In this document: piece by piece, positions 1 through 11,882 of the stretch
Layout of the letters: every line of letters begins with the position of its first letter
Position numbering within the stretch: the first letter of the stretch is position 1
From: Lama guanicoe
Lineage: Eukaryota
NCBI GenBank assembly: GCA_013239625.1
Contig: MU054400.1
Location: 4,465,802 to 4,529,801 of the forward strand
Reading direction: 5' to 3'
DNA length: 64,000 bases
Notes under the pieces: model-generated
What the model saw: the letters and a program-made list of their open reading frames with translations, nothing else
The model's database searches: none
Told to the model about the DNA's origin: nothing
Translations under genes and position numbers: made by a program

Positions 1-154
1 AAATAGTGCTGCTACAAACATTGGGGTCCATGTATCTTTTCAAATTAGAGTTCCCTCCAGATACATGCCCAGAAGTGGGATTGCTGGATCATTTTAGGTT
101 TTTGAGGAATCTCCATACTATCGCCTATGATGGCTGCACCAAACCACATTCCCA
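1..154 (-). mobile_element. LINE-1 fragment (end of ORF2), cut by window edge
   Basis: Antisense L1 ORF2-end motifs: aaatagtgctgctacaaacattgggg, gaagtgggattgctggatca, ctgcaccaa..acattccca. Confidence 0.85.
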
Positions 155-225
155 GCTCCTCAGTCCATCTTAATTCTGATAGCTACTTGACTGTTACCTA
201 AAACACAGAAGGGGACTGAATTCAT

Positions 226-675
226 CTGCAAGGGCTGCTGTAAAGAAGCCACAAACCAAGTGGCTTCAACAACGGAAACCTATTGTCTCACAGTCCTGGA
301 GGCTGGAGGTCTGAGATCCGGCGTCGGCAGGGTTGGTTCCTTCCGAGGCTGGGAAGGAGAGTCGGCTCCAGGCTTCTCCCCTGGCTTCTGGTGGTTGGCT
401 GGCCACCTTTGGCATCCCTCAGCTTATAAATCATCACTCCATCTCTGCTTTCATCTTCACGTGGCATTCTCTCTGTGTGTTGTCCTGGGTCCACATTTCC
501 CCTTTATATAAGAACACCAGTCATATTGAATTAGAGGCCCGCCTACTCCTGCATGACCTCATCTTAACCTAATTATATCTCTAGCCACCCTGTTCCCAAG
601 TAAGGTCACATTCTGAGGGGCTGAGGGCTAAGACTTCAACACATGATTTTTGAGGAGACAGTTCAACTCCTAACA
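226..675 (-). mobile_element. MaLR solo LTR (MLT1B/C-like)
   Basis: ctcacagtcctggaggctggaggtctgagatc, taaggtcacattctgagg, terminus ttcaactcctaaca. Confidence 0.8.
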
Positions 676-909
676 GGTACCCTATATATTCTAGGGGATT
701 GTAAACTGTACGTTAATATATAGTAAAAATTCTGGAAGGATATATACTGAGTAATTAACCACAGTTCCCTCTGGGATGAGGATCAGGCAGACCAGGGCGG
801 GTGTGGAAGTCAAAGGAGATTTACTGTCACCTGTAACATCTTCATTTTTCACAAGGAAAGGAAGTTGAATAGTGCTTGCATAAGTAAAAATTCATATAGA
901 TAAATTAAG

Positions 910-1556
910 GTTGTGCAGATTCCCAATGGAAGTGCTACCAACAGCCAAGGTACATTTTGGAAACATGTGAAGGGGTGTGTTGGCTACTGCGGTGATCAGG
1001 GGCTAGATGTCATCTCCCACAATGAAGAATTATCCAGCGTCCTGCAGCATTTCCAACTGTCCGCTAGACATTTACATATAAAACCAAAAGGCCCTTTGGC
1101 ATGATTTTAACATATGCTAAGTTTTCCAGAGATGCAAATTTGTACATTAAGTGGAGATGGTACTTTGGTTCACAGAACTTTACCATGAATTTTTGCCTTA
1201 TTGGAAAATATGTTACCAACAGCAGCATCACTCTCAGTATCTGAGTCACCCCTGGGACTGGCAGTCGTCACATCCCTGATGATTCTTCACACAGGTGCAG
1301 TAACTGAGCACTTAATTCTGTCTCCCAGTGTGAGTATGCCCTGCCTTCATGGGCTGAAGCATTTATTATGTACTACAAACGTCTTTCATTGTAATTTTTC
1401 TTTACATCGAAGTTTGGGCTCTATGTGAATTTTCAAAATATGTGCTCCAGTAAATTATGTCATTTCTGAATTTCTTCTCAGGGTAGTCAAGGGGATGTTA
1501 CAAAATATCTCTTATGAAAAGGACGCCTTTGATCTCACAGTGCTGAGCACCACCAA
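910..1556. mobile_element. Old hAT-Charlie DNA transposon relic (MER20B-like)
   Basis: tcccacaatgaagaattatcc motif and decayed terminus gctgagcaccacc; boundaries approximate. Confidence 0.45.
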
Positions 1557-2710
1557 GCTTCTCAAATAGTCCAATGAAGAAATGCTGAAGACCTGAGCTT
1601 TGGAAATGGAGGCGAGGCAATGAATTCAGGAGATATTTCGAAAGCAAAAATGTAAAGGACTGGACGGTGTTTCATATTTTAGATTGAGAGAGAAAGGAGA
1701 CTGTTGACTTAGGCTATTAAGTGGGTACCTGAAAAGTGTAACTTTGGAGACGCGAGGATGGTCTTCATGTTCACTAGCACAGCGCTGGGTACCATAAGCA
1801 TCTAACGATACCAGTCAACTGGCTTCCTATAGCCCTTTTCCTCCCTGGAACATTCAGGAAAGAGGAAGAACGTTCCTATTGGGTTACACCAAGCACAGAT
1901 GTCATCCCGATCTGTGGGAAGACTTCTCTCAAAGCTCTTTGCATGTGTCAAGGCGCAGAGCTCTCCCACAGGCAGGGAGAGCATCTTCATGTGACCACAG
2001 TCACGGCTCTGCTAAGGGGTGGGCATTTCATTCAGAACCTGCCTTCTCAGTGCAGAGAACTGGAGACAGGCTGTCTCCCCCATTTCCCTCACCTTAAATA
2101 TTGGACAAAACCATAACTCAACCGAACAGTGGAGGAAGTGTCATTCCCAAAGTACTTCCTCCAGCACAACTCCTGAAGAAATGTCACAATCATATTCCAC
2201 ACCCAGGACACGCCCTCCTCTCCTGACAATGACGTCGAAACCTCAGGGGCACTCCCTCTGACTCCATCCCACATCCCACTCGCCTGCCAGGACATACAGC
2301 ATGGACTAAGGGATCTGTCACTGAGGGCACATACCTGTGGTCACATAAACACATAAACACTTTCCCTAGGAGCCACGTTCTCAGGCTGTAGCCGGGAGGG
2401 GCACAGCCAGACAGGAGAGACTCCGCGCAGTGCTGACTGCAGCCAGGCATCACCGTCCACCCCGGCAGGAAATGGGTTCCAGATGTGTCCTCAGCTCAGC
2501 CTGTAATGGAGTCAGACTGTCATAAATGGGCTTTCTAGCCCAGGTCTCCAACCTTGGTCAACCTCCCTGGACGATGCTGAGACAAGTGGAGAAGAAAGAT
2601 GGGGGAAATGTAAGGATATGCTGCCTTCTTATGCACAGTTTTGGCAGAAAGATGACAGTGTATTTTGAGTTTCCAGGTCCTGTCTTTGTTATGTTTTTTG
2701 AAGATCATGC

Positions 2711-2742
2711 TGTGTGTGTGTGTGTGTGTGTGCGTGTGTGTG
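2711..2742. repeat. (TG)n microsatellite
   Basis: Direct reading; one TGCG interruption. Confidence 0.95.
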
Positions 2743-4106
2743 CACGTATACACAGTGGGGAGGAGAGCAAAGAAATGAGGGAAGGTAAGAGGAGACCCTA
2801 TTTCAGTTACAGAAAGATTCTGTGTATTTTAGACAAACGAAAATAACATTGCGATCTCATGTCAGCCTAGGAAATCCAATAAACGTAAAGGAAAGGTCAA
2901 TACACTCTTTATTTCATCTTTGCCGTGAAGTGGATATTTCAGAATTGTGGGAACCGAGCACCTAACTCAAGATGGTTACCAATTTTCATTAGTAAGTATT
3001 CAACTAGAATAGTTTTCGTTCTAAACATCCACAGCTTATGCACGTGTAACCTTAGCATCTGTACACTTGGATAACTTAATTTCTTCTTCGTTCATAGGGA
3101 TAATGGCTTAGAAACCTCACTAGAAAGTAGAATTTAAACAATACAAGGTCATAACGGCCTGAGAAAAGTAAACAATAAGTAACCTCTGGAGTTTTCCATA
3201 AATAGACCATTTTAGCTGGGGACTCTGAACCTAAAAAGTCCTATTCAGGATTGATCACTGTCCAGAATTATACCACGAGTTAAGCCGGCAGCTCTAGACC
3301 CGCTCCCCCAATGAACAGCAGCTGGAGTGCCTAGGTCCTGAGAGGGGCTAGAGAGACTGGTGACTGACAACCTATGTGGAGCCACGGTGTACTTGAATAT
3401 GAGTCACTGCCAAGATCACTGCGTGACCTCGATGAGACACTTAACCCTGCTGGTCCTTGGTTTCTTCCTTTGTGAAGTGAAAGATTAGACTTCAGTCCAT
3501 GGCAGCTCAGAGTTTCAGTTTAATTTTTTAAAGCCTGATACAGTTTAAGCAAGATTCAATCATCACACAGTTTGTAGGGTTTGAGGTCCTCACCATATGT
3601 TATAATCCTAAAAATACTGACACTTTCTATAGGCTCATACTTTTTATCCTATGCCTCCCGGGTTTGCACAGCCTAGACAGGTACAAGGGATACTCAGAAG
3701 CAAAAGATCCTTTTACACTGGGAGGGTAAGATACACCTAAAGAAATAAGGAGCGAGACCTGTTCCAGCTGGTTCCATCCACTTGCTGCCTGTCGGTGCTG
3801 TCTTCTGAGAATCCCTCAAGATCCAACTAAAAGGGGCACCAACGTTCCTCTTAGCAAAGAAGACATCTGCTCATAGCTCCCTGTTGTTCATTTCACCATA
3901 ACATAAAGTGTCTCCCCAAAAGCTGAAGTTCATTTTAAAGTTTCTTGGCACAGTGGTCGAACAACAGATTTTGCTGTGTGCTAGTTTGGAGTTTAGAGAA
4001 TGTCATGATTGAGTCAATCTATCTAAACAGTGAAAATCAGATCATACTAAATATTCAGCCATTAGTCAAATATAAGAGCATCTCTTTTCAAAAACAGTTT
4101 TGAGGA

Positions 4107-4219
4107 GGGGATGGTACAGCTCAGTGGTAGAGCACATGCTTAGCAGGCACTGGGTTCAAACTCCAGTGTCTCCATTAATAAATAAATATGCCAACCTAAT
4201 TACCCACCCCCCAAAAAAA
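4107..4219 (+). mobile_element. tRNA-Ala-derived SINE (Vic-1-like), small internal deletion
   Basis: A-box cagctcagtggtagagc, gggttcaa B-box, tail aacctaattacc-C-run-A-run; flanks aaaaacagtttt / aaaaacaatttt. Confidence 0.9.
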
Positions 4220-4439
4220 CAATTTTAATTACATAATGAAATATGAATTCGTTTCTTATTGTGAGGAATTGGAATGATACAGATACAAGTCAAGTCACTC
4301 TAAAACATTACCACTGGTCCCAGGACTTTTACTATATATAATGCCTACCATGTATTTAGTGTATATGCACTCAACCTTTCTTCTATTTACATATGAAATT
4401 TTACAAACAAGTTCTTTTGTCTCAAGTCTGTATTTTTTA

Positions 4440-5200
4440 CATAAATAGAATAATGATTTACTTCTGTGAATGTTTTCAACAGGCAAGAAGTCAGTTAGGT
4501 ATTTCTACAAGGATTTCTTGCATTTGAAAAATTGCTGCATAATATTCCATAAGATGCATTATGAAATTGCTAGTCTATTAGGGGAAATTCAAGGTTGCTT
4601 TTCTTTAAAAAAAAAAAACTACTCCATAAAATTCCTCAGGGAACAGTTTTGCACATGCCTCCTTGCACACATGTGGCTGTGTTTCTCTTGGGCACAGACC
4701 AAGAAGGGGGATTTTTGGCTCAAAAGATAAGTGCAATTTTAAATGGTTTGGCAAGGTGCCTTATAAAAAAGCAGTGCAGTGGTAACTCCTGGCCGGAGAT
4801 ATCATTTAAAGGGAGAGTTACCTTCCCCTCTTCCCTCTTCAATATATAATGTTATCTAATTTTAAAATATTTTCTGATCTAATAGGTGAAAAACAAAGGC
4901 TCATTTTAAGTTGCACTTTTTGATCACTAGTGTGGTTGTACATTTAAAAATAATTTATTGGTCAATTCCATGTCTTCTTCTATGAGTTGCCTATTCATAT
5001 CCTTTGCCCCTTTTTTTTCTGATGAGTTGTTTGCATTTTTTAAATCAATTAATAGGCATTCTTCATATATTCTGAAAGTAATCGCTTTCCTATTACACAT
5101 GTGGAATCTATTTTCTCCTGGTCTCATGAAAGCTATTTGACTTTGTCTATGGGGTCTTTGGCAATCAGAAGTTTTCTCTTCTCTTCCGTCATTAGTATTC
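4440..5200 (-). mobile_element. Ancient L1 (L1ME-like) fragments
   Basis: Decayed ORF2-end motifs (ttgcctattcatatcctttgccc, aatctaataggtgaaaaa); the minus ORF fragment KGAKDMNRQLIEED is L1 ORF2-like. Confidence 0.7.
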
Positions 5201-5361
5201 TTTTTGCATATATTCAGATGCATAGATGCCTTTGTGTAATTAGTCTCCTGTAGACGCTTTTTAAGTGCATCTTTGTCCTTCCTTTCCTTGTCTCAGTCCC
5301 CTCTACTGATCTTAACCCACATTAGTCTGCCCCCTCCAATTTAGCTATGTGAAAAGCAAAA

Positions 5362-5528
5362 AAGAAAGACATATACTTTAAACAAAAAGCAGTATTAGGA
5401 ATAAAGAGGGTCATCACATAATGATAACTGATTCAATTCACCAATAAGGTATTCTAAACATGTATGCACCCAATAACAGAGCACTATAAAACACAGAGCA
5501 AAATTTTACTAGATTAAAAGAAAAAAAA
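5362..5528 (+). mobile_element. Old L1 ORF2 endonuclease-region fragment
   Basis: aaagagggtcatcacataatgata...aattcacc...tgtatgcacccaataacagagc. Confidence 0.7.
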
Positions 5529-6822
5529 AAGCTTTCTCTTGAGTCATCTTTTCCTTCACTTGCCTAGTAGCACAGAGCTGATTGTTACAGAAGCAGCAAA
5601 GTAGAATGAGGACAGGATTTGAAATACATGAGGAGAAAAGCAAGTGATAAATACATTTTACTAATAGGATAAACCATACCCATTTTTCTTGAGAGACAAC
5701 ACTAATCAAAGGGGTGAGATTATTTTGTTTATGGAAGATTTCCTTTAAATCAAGGTAGATTTAGAGGGAAGACACTTACGGGAAATGAGAAACCAACCTT
5801 TCAAGGAAAATTCCTGAAAAAAAAAATTTCCATGGTTGCCAGTTTGTGTGTGTTTTGCATTTTAATTACAAAGTGCAGTGTTTCAACACTTGGTTAGGGA
5901 ATCATTCATAATTGGGACTTCCCTGACCACAGTCAGCAAACCTTCCTTCACCTCCAGGAGGTTTGGGAAAGGAAAACAGAGCCTATCTGCCAGAGAGCTG
6001 TGGTCCTCATCAAATAAAGCAGCCCCACGATTGGCACAGTGGCGCACTTGTGCTTAAGAGACGGTCTCAGCTACCAGAGGCCGAGAGTAAAATACCTCTC
6101 CGGGCCTGCTGGGAAGCGGATAAATTCATAGCACAGAAACCGGCCTGCGTGAGAACCCTTCACTTGGAGCCAGGCTGCATGTGGCTTGTGGAAAGAAGAG
6201 AGGTTTAATTTCTATTCCTTTCCATCCCACATCATAAGCACAAAAAGTGCTGTTGAATATTCAGCTCTAGTGGCTCTAGTACCTTTCTCATTCTGAAATG
6301 CATGGGGAGATATGTACATACTCCGAAAAATTGCTCTGCACAAAGATGTCTCCAAGGGGAAAAAGAATACATGCATTTGAAATAAAAAGGAGCATGTGTT
6401 TATTTGCAAATGCTTTTTACCAAAAAACATTGGTCAAGTATAAGAGTATAGTTTTCAACATAAAATAATTATTCTATTAACATCTCTATCCCACAAAAGG
6501 AAGGTGCTAATAATTCCTTACTAGGTTTCTGTTCACTCTCAAAGTTTCATAAACCTAAAATATATGACAAGTGAAAGAAAAGCCAGTGGAAACTGGAGGA
6601 AGGAAAAAAGTAGTAAATGTACAAAAATCACCAGACCAGAAATTGAAGAACTTCATCTTAAAAAGCTTTTAGGTGACCTTAGGAAGTTATAGTCACACAA
6701 ATTTTTAGACATAGTCCTACAGATTTTTTTTGTGTCACCTTTCTAGAGTATTCGAGAAATTTTCTTATCTCCTTTGATGCTTTGTGTGTACTTGTTGGAT
6801 GTCTTTAAGACTTCTCGGGATC

Positions 6823-6986
6823 ACAGGGAAATATATACAAGATCATGTGGTAGCTCACAGTGAAAAAGGATGTGACAATGAATATGTGTATGTTCATGTA
6901 TAACTGAAAAAGTGTGCTCTACACCGGATATTGACACAACATTGTAAACTGACTATAACTCGATAAAATAAAATTAAAAAGAAAAA
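6823..6986 (+). mobile_element. Young 5'-truncated L1 3' end with TSD
   Basis: L1 3' UTR end plus A-tail; TSD aagacttctcgggatc (6807-6822) / aagacttctcaggatc (6987-7002). Confidence 0.9.
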
Positions 6987-7113
6987 AAGACTTCTCAGGA
7001 TCTTTGTTTGTGAGAATTTCAGCATGTAATATCATGAAAATCCAAGATACAGACTTTGAAAAGGAAAGCTTGCACTCTGGAAAATCATTATTTGGTATTA
7101 AGAAGAGTGTACA

Positions 7114-7250
7114 GGGGGAGGGTAGAGCTCAAGTGGTAGAGCGCATGCTTAGCACGCAGGAGGTCCTGGGTTCAATCCCCAGCACCTCCTTTAAAAATAA
7201 ATAAGCCTAATTATCTCACCCCAAAATAAAAAATAATAGAAAAAAAAAAA
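7114..7250 (+). mobile_element. tRNA-Ala-derived SINE (Vic-1-like)
   Basis: Intact A and B boxes, A-tail; TSD aagaagagtgtacag / aagaacagtgtgcag. Confidence 0.95.
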
Positions 7251-8110
7251 AGAACAGTGTGCAGAAAGGAGGCCCAGGGCACTCAGCTGTTAACCCCAGC
7301 TTGTGTGCAAACAGTGTTGGGACTTGTGATGCTTCCTGGGGTCTCAGTGGATCCCTGCTACTCGGGCAGAATAGTGAGGTTTGTGTCGTTTTCTAGGTGG
7401 TCTCCATGGACCCTTCCAAACAGAAAACCCTGTGATTCTCATCAGGCCTCCTCATTGCACCTTGTTTCTCTCTCCTCTCTTGATGGTTGAGGTCACCTGA
7501 CCCCAGAGGAGAATGGTCCCTGTCCCTAGGGACTCTGAGACACAGACTTAGGTTACTCTGGCTGCTGACCTGGTTCTGACCTTTGTACCCAGATCTGGAA
7601 ATGGCCTCTCTGTTTTGTTCCTAAGATTTAGCTCCTACTTTGACCCTTGATCTGGAAACGAAATCCCTGACTCCTCCCAAGCTGAACTGCAGCATGCCCC
7701 CACAGCAGTCTGTGTTTCCTCCCATCAGAGAACTCGCAGAATCACACACACACTCACACACACACACAAATAAAATAAAAAGTAAAGTGATGTCTAGCAA
7801 GTGACATTGTAAACACTTGTATAACAGATATTAGAAGCCCCCAAAAGATATTATGATGGTGTATTTTATAATATTTATTTCAAAAACAGCCAGTTCTTTA
7901 CAAAACTGGTCTTTATTTTCTACCCTCCCTATTTTTCCTTTTATCTTTCCTTCCTCCCTCTTTTCTCTTTCAAGACAGGGCTCTCAGAATTTGGGGGTTA
8001 ATCTTCCAACATCAACTATGTTTTCTGGGGTTTTTGTCTTGATGTTTTCTTTGGCTGACTTGCTTTGGATGTTGTGACTTACTTATTACTTAATGAGTAT
8101 ATATGGGGCG

Positions 8111-8236
8111 GGGGTAAGGTGTAGCTCAAGTGGTAGAGTGCATGCCCAACACACAAGAGGTCCTGGGTTCAATCCCCAGTACCTCCTCCAAGCAGAAATA
8201 AATGAATAAACCTAATTACCTCCCCCTCATAAAACA
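8111..8236 (+). mobile_element. tRNA-Ala-derived SINE (Vic-1-like)
   Basis: gtagctcaagtggtagag...ggtcctgggttcaatccccagtacctcc, tail aaacctaattacctccccc. Confidence 0.93.
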
Positions 8237-8392
8237 TAAGTACATATAGAGGGGATTCTGCAGGAAGCCATGCCTACATCCTCTCCTAGTATTCTGATTT
8301 TTAACTATCCATTAAGTGTGGGCCACAATGATATCTATGCCTCCTATCTTTCAGCAGCTTAGACGGCATTCCTAATTTCCCACAATATAAAG

Positions 8393-8654
8393 CATGTGTT
8401 CTCAAGGGGGCAGTATCATTTCCAGGGGGACAAAAATGAGTTCCTCAGAGGGATAAGAAAATCTTACACAAAATGTATAAAATATATATATATAAATATA
8501 TACAATGTATAATTTATAAATGTGTAAATATATATATACTATATAAACATATATACAATCTATCTGTGGTATTATAATTTCAATGTGATTAGGGGGAAAT
8601 GTCTAAAAAGGCTAGTTAGAAGGCAATAATTTTTAAAAAGGCTTAGAAACACTG
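8393..8654. mobile_element. hAT-Charlie MITE (MER112-like) with internal TA-rich expansion
   Basis: Decayed TIRs catgtgttctcaa / ttagaaacactg; 8-bp flanks atataaag / gtttaaag; internal atctgtggtattataatttca and aaatgtctaaaaaggct. Confidence 0.7.
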
Positions 8655-9732
8655 GTTTAAAGGAAAAATCATGGTTTATCTTAATGAAAGCTCTTCCTTG
8701 AGCCAAACATCATACATAAATCATGAAACATGAGAAAGCAGAGGGAAAATGGATATTTTTGTCCAAACATTCACCTTTTTCCTTCCCTTTGATGTGCTTT
8801 ACACAACCTACTCTCTACCAGCCTTTTCATATTTTCTAGTAATATTTTTCCAAAGAGCTTGATTCCAGGGTTTAGAAATCTGAGTGGCCCTAGTTTCTAA
8901 TATCCTCTATCATTTGTGAAATTACACTGTCAGCCTTTCGGTTTAATTGTATGTGAGTAAGTAAATACCCAACAAATCATAGTAATCCACACTAATAAAG
9001 AAACAGAGGACATGCGACAGAGAACAGGTAAGAAATAATAAATATGGAGTGCTCAGGAATCCGGGGAATGTCCCTTCTTGAAAGAGAAAAGAGAGAGAAA
9101 GGAAAGATAAAAGGAAAAATAGGGAGGGTAGAAAATAAAGTTAATACAGGATCTTCAGAAATTTTATTTCAATCAAGATTTTCAGACGCCAGCTTTTAAT
9201 ATATAGACGTTACATTTGACTCCCAGAGAAAGAGGACACAGCCCCAGCGATGGCGTCCATTCTGTGATCCATGCATCAATGGAAAGGACATGGTGAGAAA
9301 GGAGGACCCCTATCTGGAGGAAGCTGAGAGTAGAAGGGAATGGAGACCGCACATTCAGCACAGAGCTGGACATGTCAACACTGCATTTTCACACTTAACA
9401 CTCCGCATGTTTCAATGTTTAGGATATATGAGAAAATGATGGCTCGAGGCCAGCTTCATCACTTGTTCGTATTCAAAACTAGCACAAAGCCAAGGAAACT
9501 TCCAGAGATGGTCCATAATGATATAAACATGTTATAAAACAAAGCTTGGGTGCACTAGTTAATATCATAGATGAGAACATGAGTTAAAGATCTGAAGTCC
9601 AAGAAAAATCCAAGGTAGGATTGTGTGCAATAGTGCTGGGGTGGGTTGATCCTTTCCACTTCTTTACTGACACCTTTGCTGACTCAGCTCCATCCTCTGC
9701 CCTCTAAATGAGGCAGGTGCCAAGATCTATTT

Positions 9733-9857
9733 GCGGTGGGGGGGGGGATACTTAGGTTTGTTTATTTATTTATTTTAATGGAGGTACTGGGGATTGAACC
9801 CAGAACCTCATATATGCTAAGCATGCTCTCTACCACTGAGCTATTCCCTCCCCCGAC
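9733..9857 (-). mobile_element. tRNA-Ala-derived SINE (Vic-1-like)
   Basis: Antisense gaggtactggggattgaaccc...ctctaccactgagcta; TSD ccaagatctattt / ccaagatccattt. Confidence 0.93.
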
Positions 9858-9889
9858 CCAAGATCCATTTTTACCCTCCTTGTCTGTGT

Positions 9890-10760
9890 GCCCCATCCTT
9901 GGCAAGTCCCTGAATTCTCAGTTCTTCAGCTATCATCTCTAGGCAGACCTCTCCCTGAATCATCATTTTGGCCTTACGTGCCTCCTGATCACGAAATATA
10001 ATTTCCAACAGCCTGTTAGATATTTCTGTGCAGATTTCCTTTCAACGCCTTAAAATCAAGAAGAACAAAGTTCATCACTATAAAACTTTGTGGCATCCTT
10101 ATTTCTGTTAAATAAACTTCACAGAAATGTATGACACGCATGCTTCTCTGCCCTCGCCCATGTGCCCAGTTGGTTATCAGGGCTGTTTGTCCACCTCCAG
10201 ATGTTGCTCACAGCTGTTTTCTACATCCTAGTCAGACCCTGTACATCTCAAGCAGACTATTGTAACTGCATTAGCATTGGTGTTCTCCAATCTTTCTCTC
10301 TTGGATTCATTCTGTGTGCTCTTTTCAGAACAATCTTCCTAAGACACACACCATATCTGGCCATCCAATAAAATAATTTAACAAGTTCTCAATTCATTTT
10401 CAGTCAGTTGGGAAGCCCTCTCTACTTTTCCTCCAAACTATTGCCCAGCTAAATTTCCACTGTTCCTTATAAGCACCAGATGGTTCCAACTAGCGACTGT
10501 CTATTACCCCCAACAGCTTCTTGCCTCAATGACTTGTTCAAATTATTCCCTCTGCTTAAAGTGATCTTCTCTCTTCTCTCAACTTCTCCTGACAAAGTCT
10601 GACCCTCTGTCAAAGCTAAGGTCAAATTCTACCTCCATCCATTTAATGCTTTTCCTGAATCTCTGCTCTGATCTTCACACTATTCTGTGCCTCTCTCAGT
10701 TAAGTTTTGTCACATTCTATCTTTATTGATAATCCAAACCATGGGATGTGAATATGTTTA
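9890..10760 (+). mobile_element. LINE-2 fragments
   Basis: L2-like motifs ctatcatctctaggcaga, cagactattgtaactgc, tgttcaaattattccctctgcttaaagtg; boundaries approximate. Confidence 0.6.
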
Positions 10761-11587
10761 TCACCATCATTCTTCCCTCTCGTACCCAAAGCAGACATTA
10801 TTAATCAATCATAGCACTCATTCTCACTCAGCCCAGATGTGGTCTCAGAATCCATCTCAACACTATGCTGCAGGCAACCACTGCCAATTAAAGTTGATAC
10901 ATGAAAACAAGACTTGGATCAGAGTAAATACCCAATAACTGTTAGCTATTATTATTAATTATTATTATTTCCTAGCATAATACTCAGCACACAAAAGAGA
11001 AGATTGTTGAAGATAAGATTATTATTTAAACACATTGTGGCTAAAATGTTACTTGCCTACATTTCTTCACTTTTGTATCTAATGAAGAAAGCAAAAAACT
11101 TACACTTCTCTCAAGGCATAGCTTTTCTGTCAAGCTGAAGAAAACTGCTGTTTTCCAAAGTGAAATGTCAGAATTTGTCTCACTTAATGCGCATATTTAT
11201 TTGGAACAAATGCTTACAAAGTCCTCCAATTCAGAAAGAGTTGCAATTTGATCATCCCCTGAGAAATCTGAGGAAGTCATGTCATCACTGAATCTTCAGG
11301 ACGGTTGAGGTTTCAGTTCGCCATAACAGCTGCATTCTGACGGAAAAGCTGGGTCCTGTTTGAAGAGGACACCGGCTAGAAGTGCTGTGTGTGCGGACAG
11401 TTTGTCTGGGTGTAAGAAATTATAGTGATGGCATCTCCAGCTGAGTTCTTGTCAATGCAGATTCAGCTGTGAGAGACCAGTTCCTACGTATCCATGACTT
11501 GTTTTCTCTACTCCTCAGAGCAAATGTAAGGTTTTTGCTTGTTCTCTGAGTAACCAAGGAAAAATTCCCAGAAAAGAAACAGGGGTG

Positions 11588-11882
11588 ATGGACCTCAGAG
11601 ACATTCTGCTAAGTGAAAGAAGCCAGATGGGACAGACCACATATGGTATGATTCCTTCTTATATAAAATGTCAAGAACAGCCAAATTTATAAAGACAGAG
11701 AGGGTTTTTGCCTGGGTCTTGGGAGTGGGAACAGGGATTTACTATAAATGGGCCCAGGGGATTCCTTCGGGGTGATGGGAACATTTAAAAACTGGATTGT
11801 GGTGATGGTTGAACAACTCTATAAATTTAGTAAAGTAGTTGAATTATACACTTAAAACAGATGAATTTCATGGTATGTAAAA
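11588..11882 (+). mobile_element. Old L1 (L1MB/MC-like) 3' end
   Basis: gctaagtgaaagaagccaga, aaactggattgtggtgatggttg, ttgaattatacacttaaa. Confidence 0.8.

Larger units (their letters stand above)
7911..9140. repeat. Inverted repeat, 65-bp arms (7911-7975 and 9076-9140), 1100-bp spacer
   Basis: Reverse complement of the left arm matches the right arm at 63/65 positions by manual comparison. Confidence 0.95.

Noticed and set aside
7911..9140. Intact young DNA transposon with 65-bp TIRs
   Set aside because: No TSD, no transposase remnant, no recognisable TIR terminus, and the spacer contains a much older MITE.
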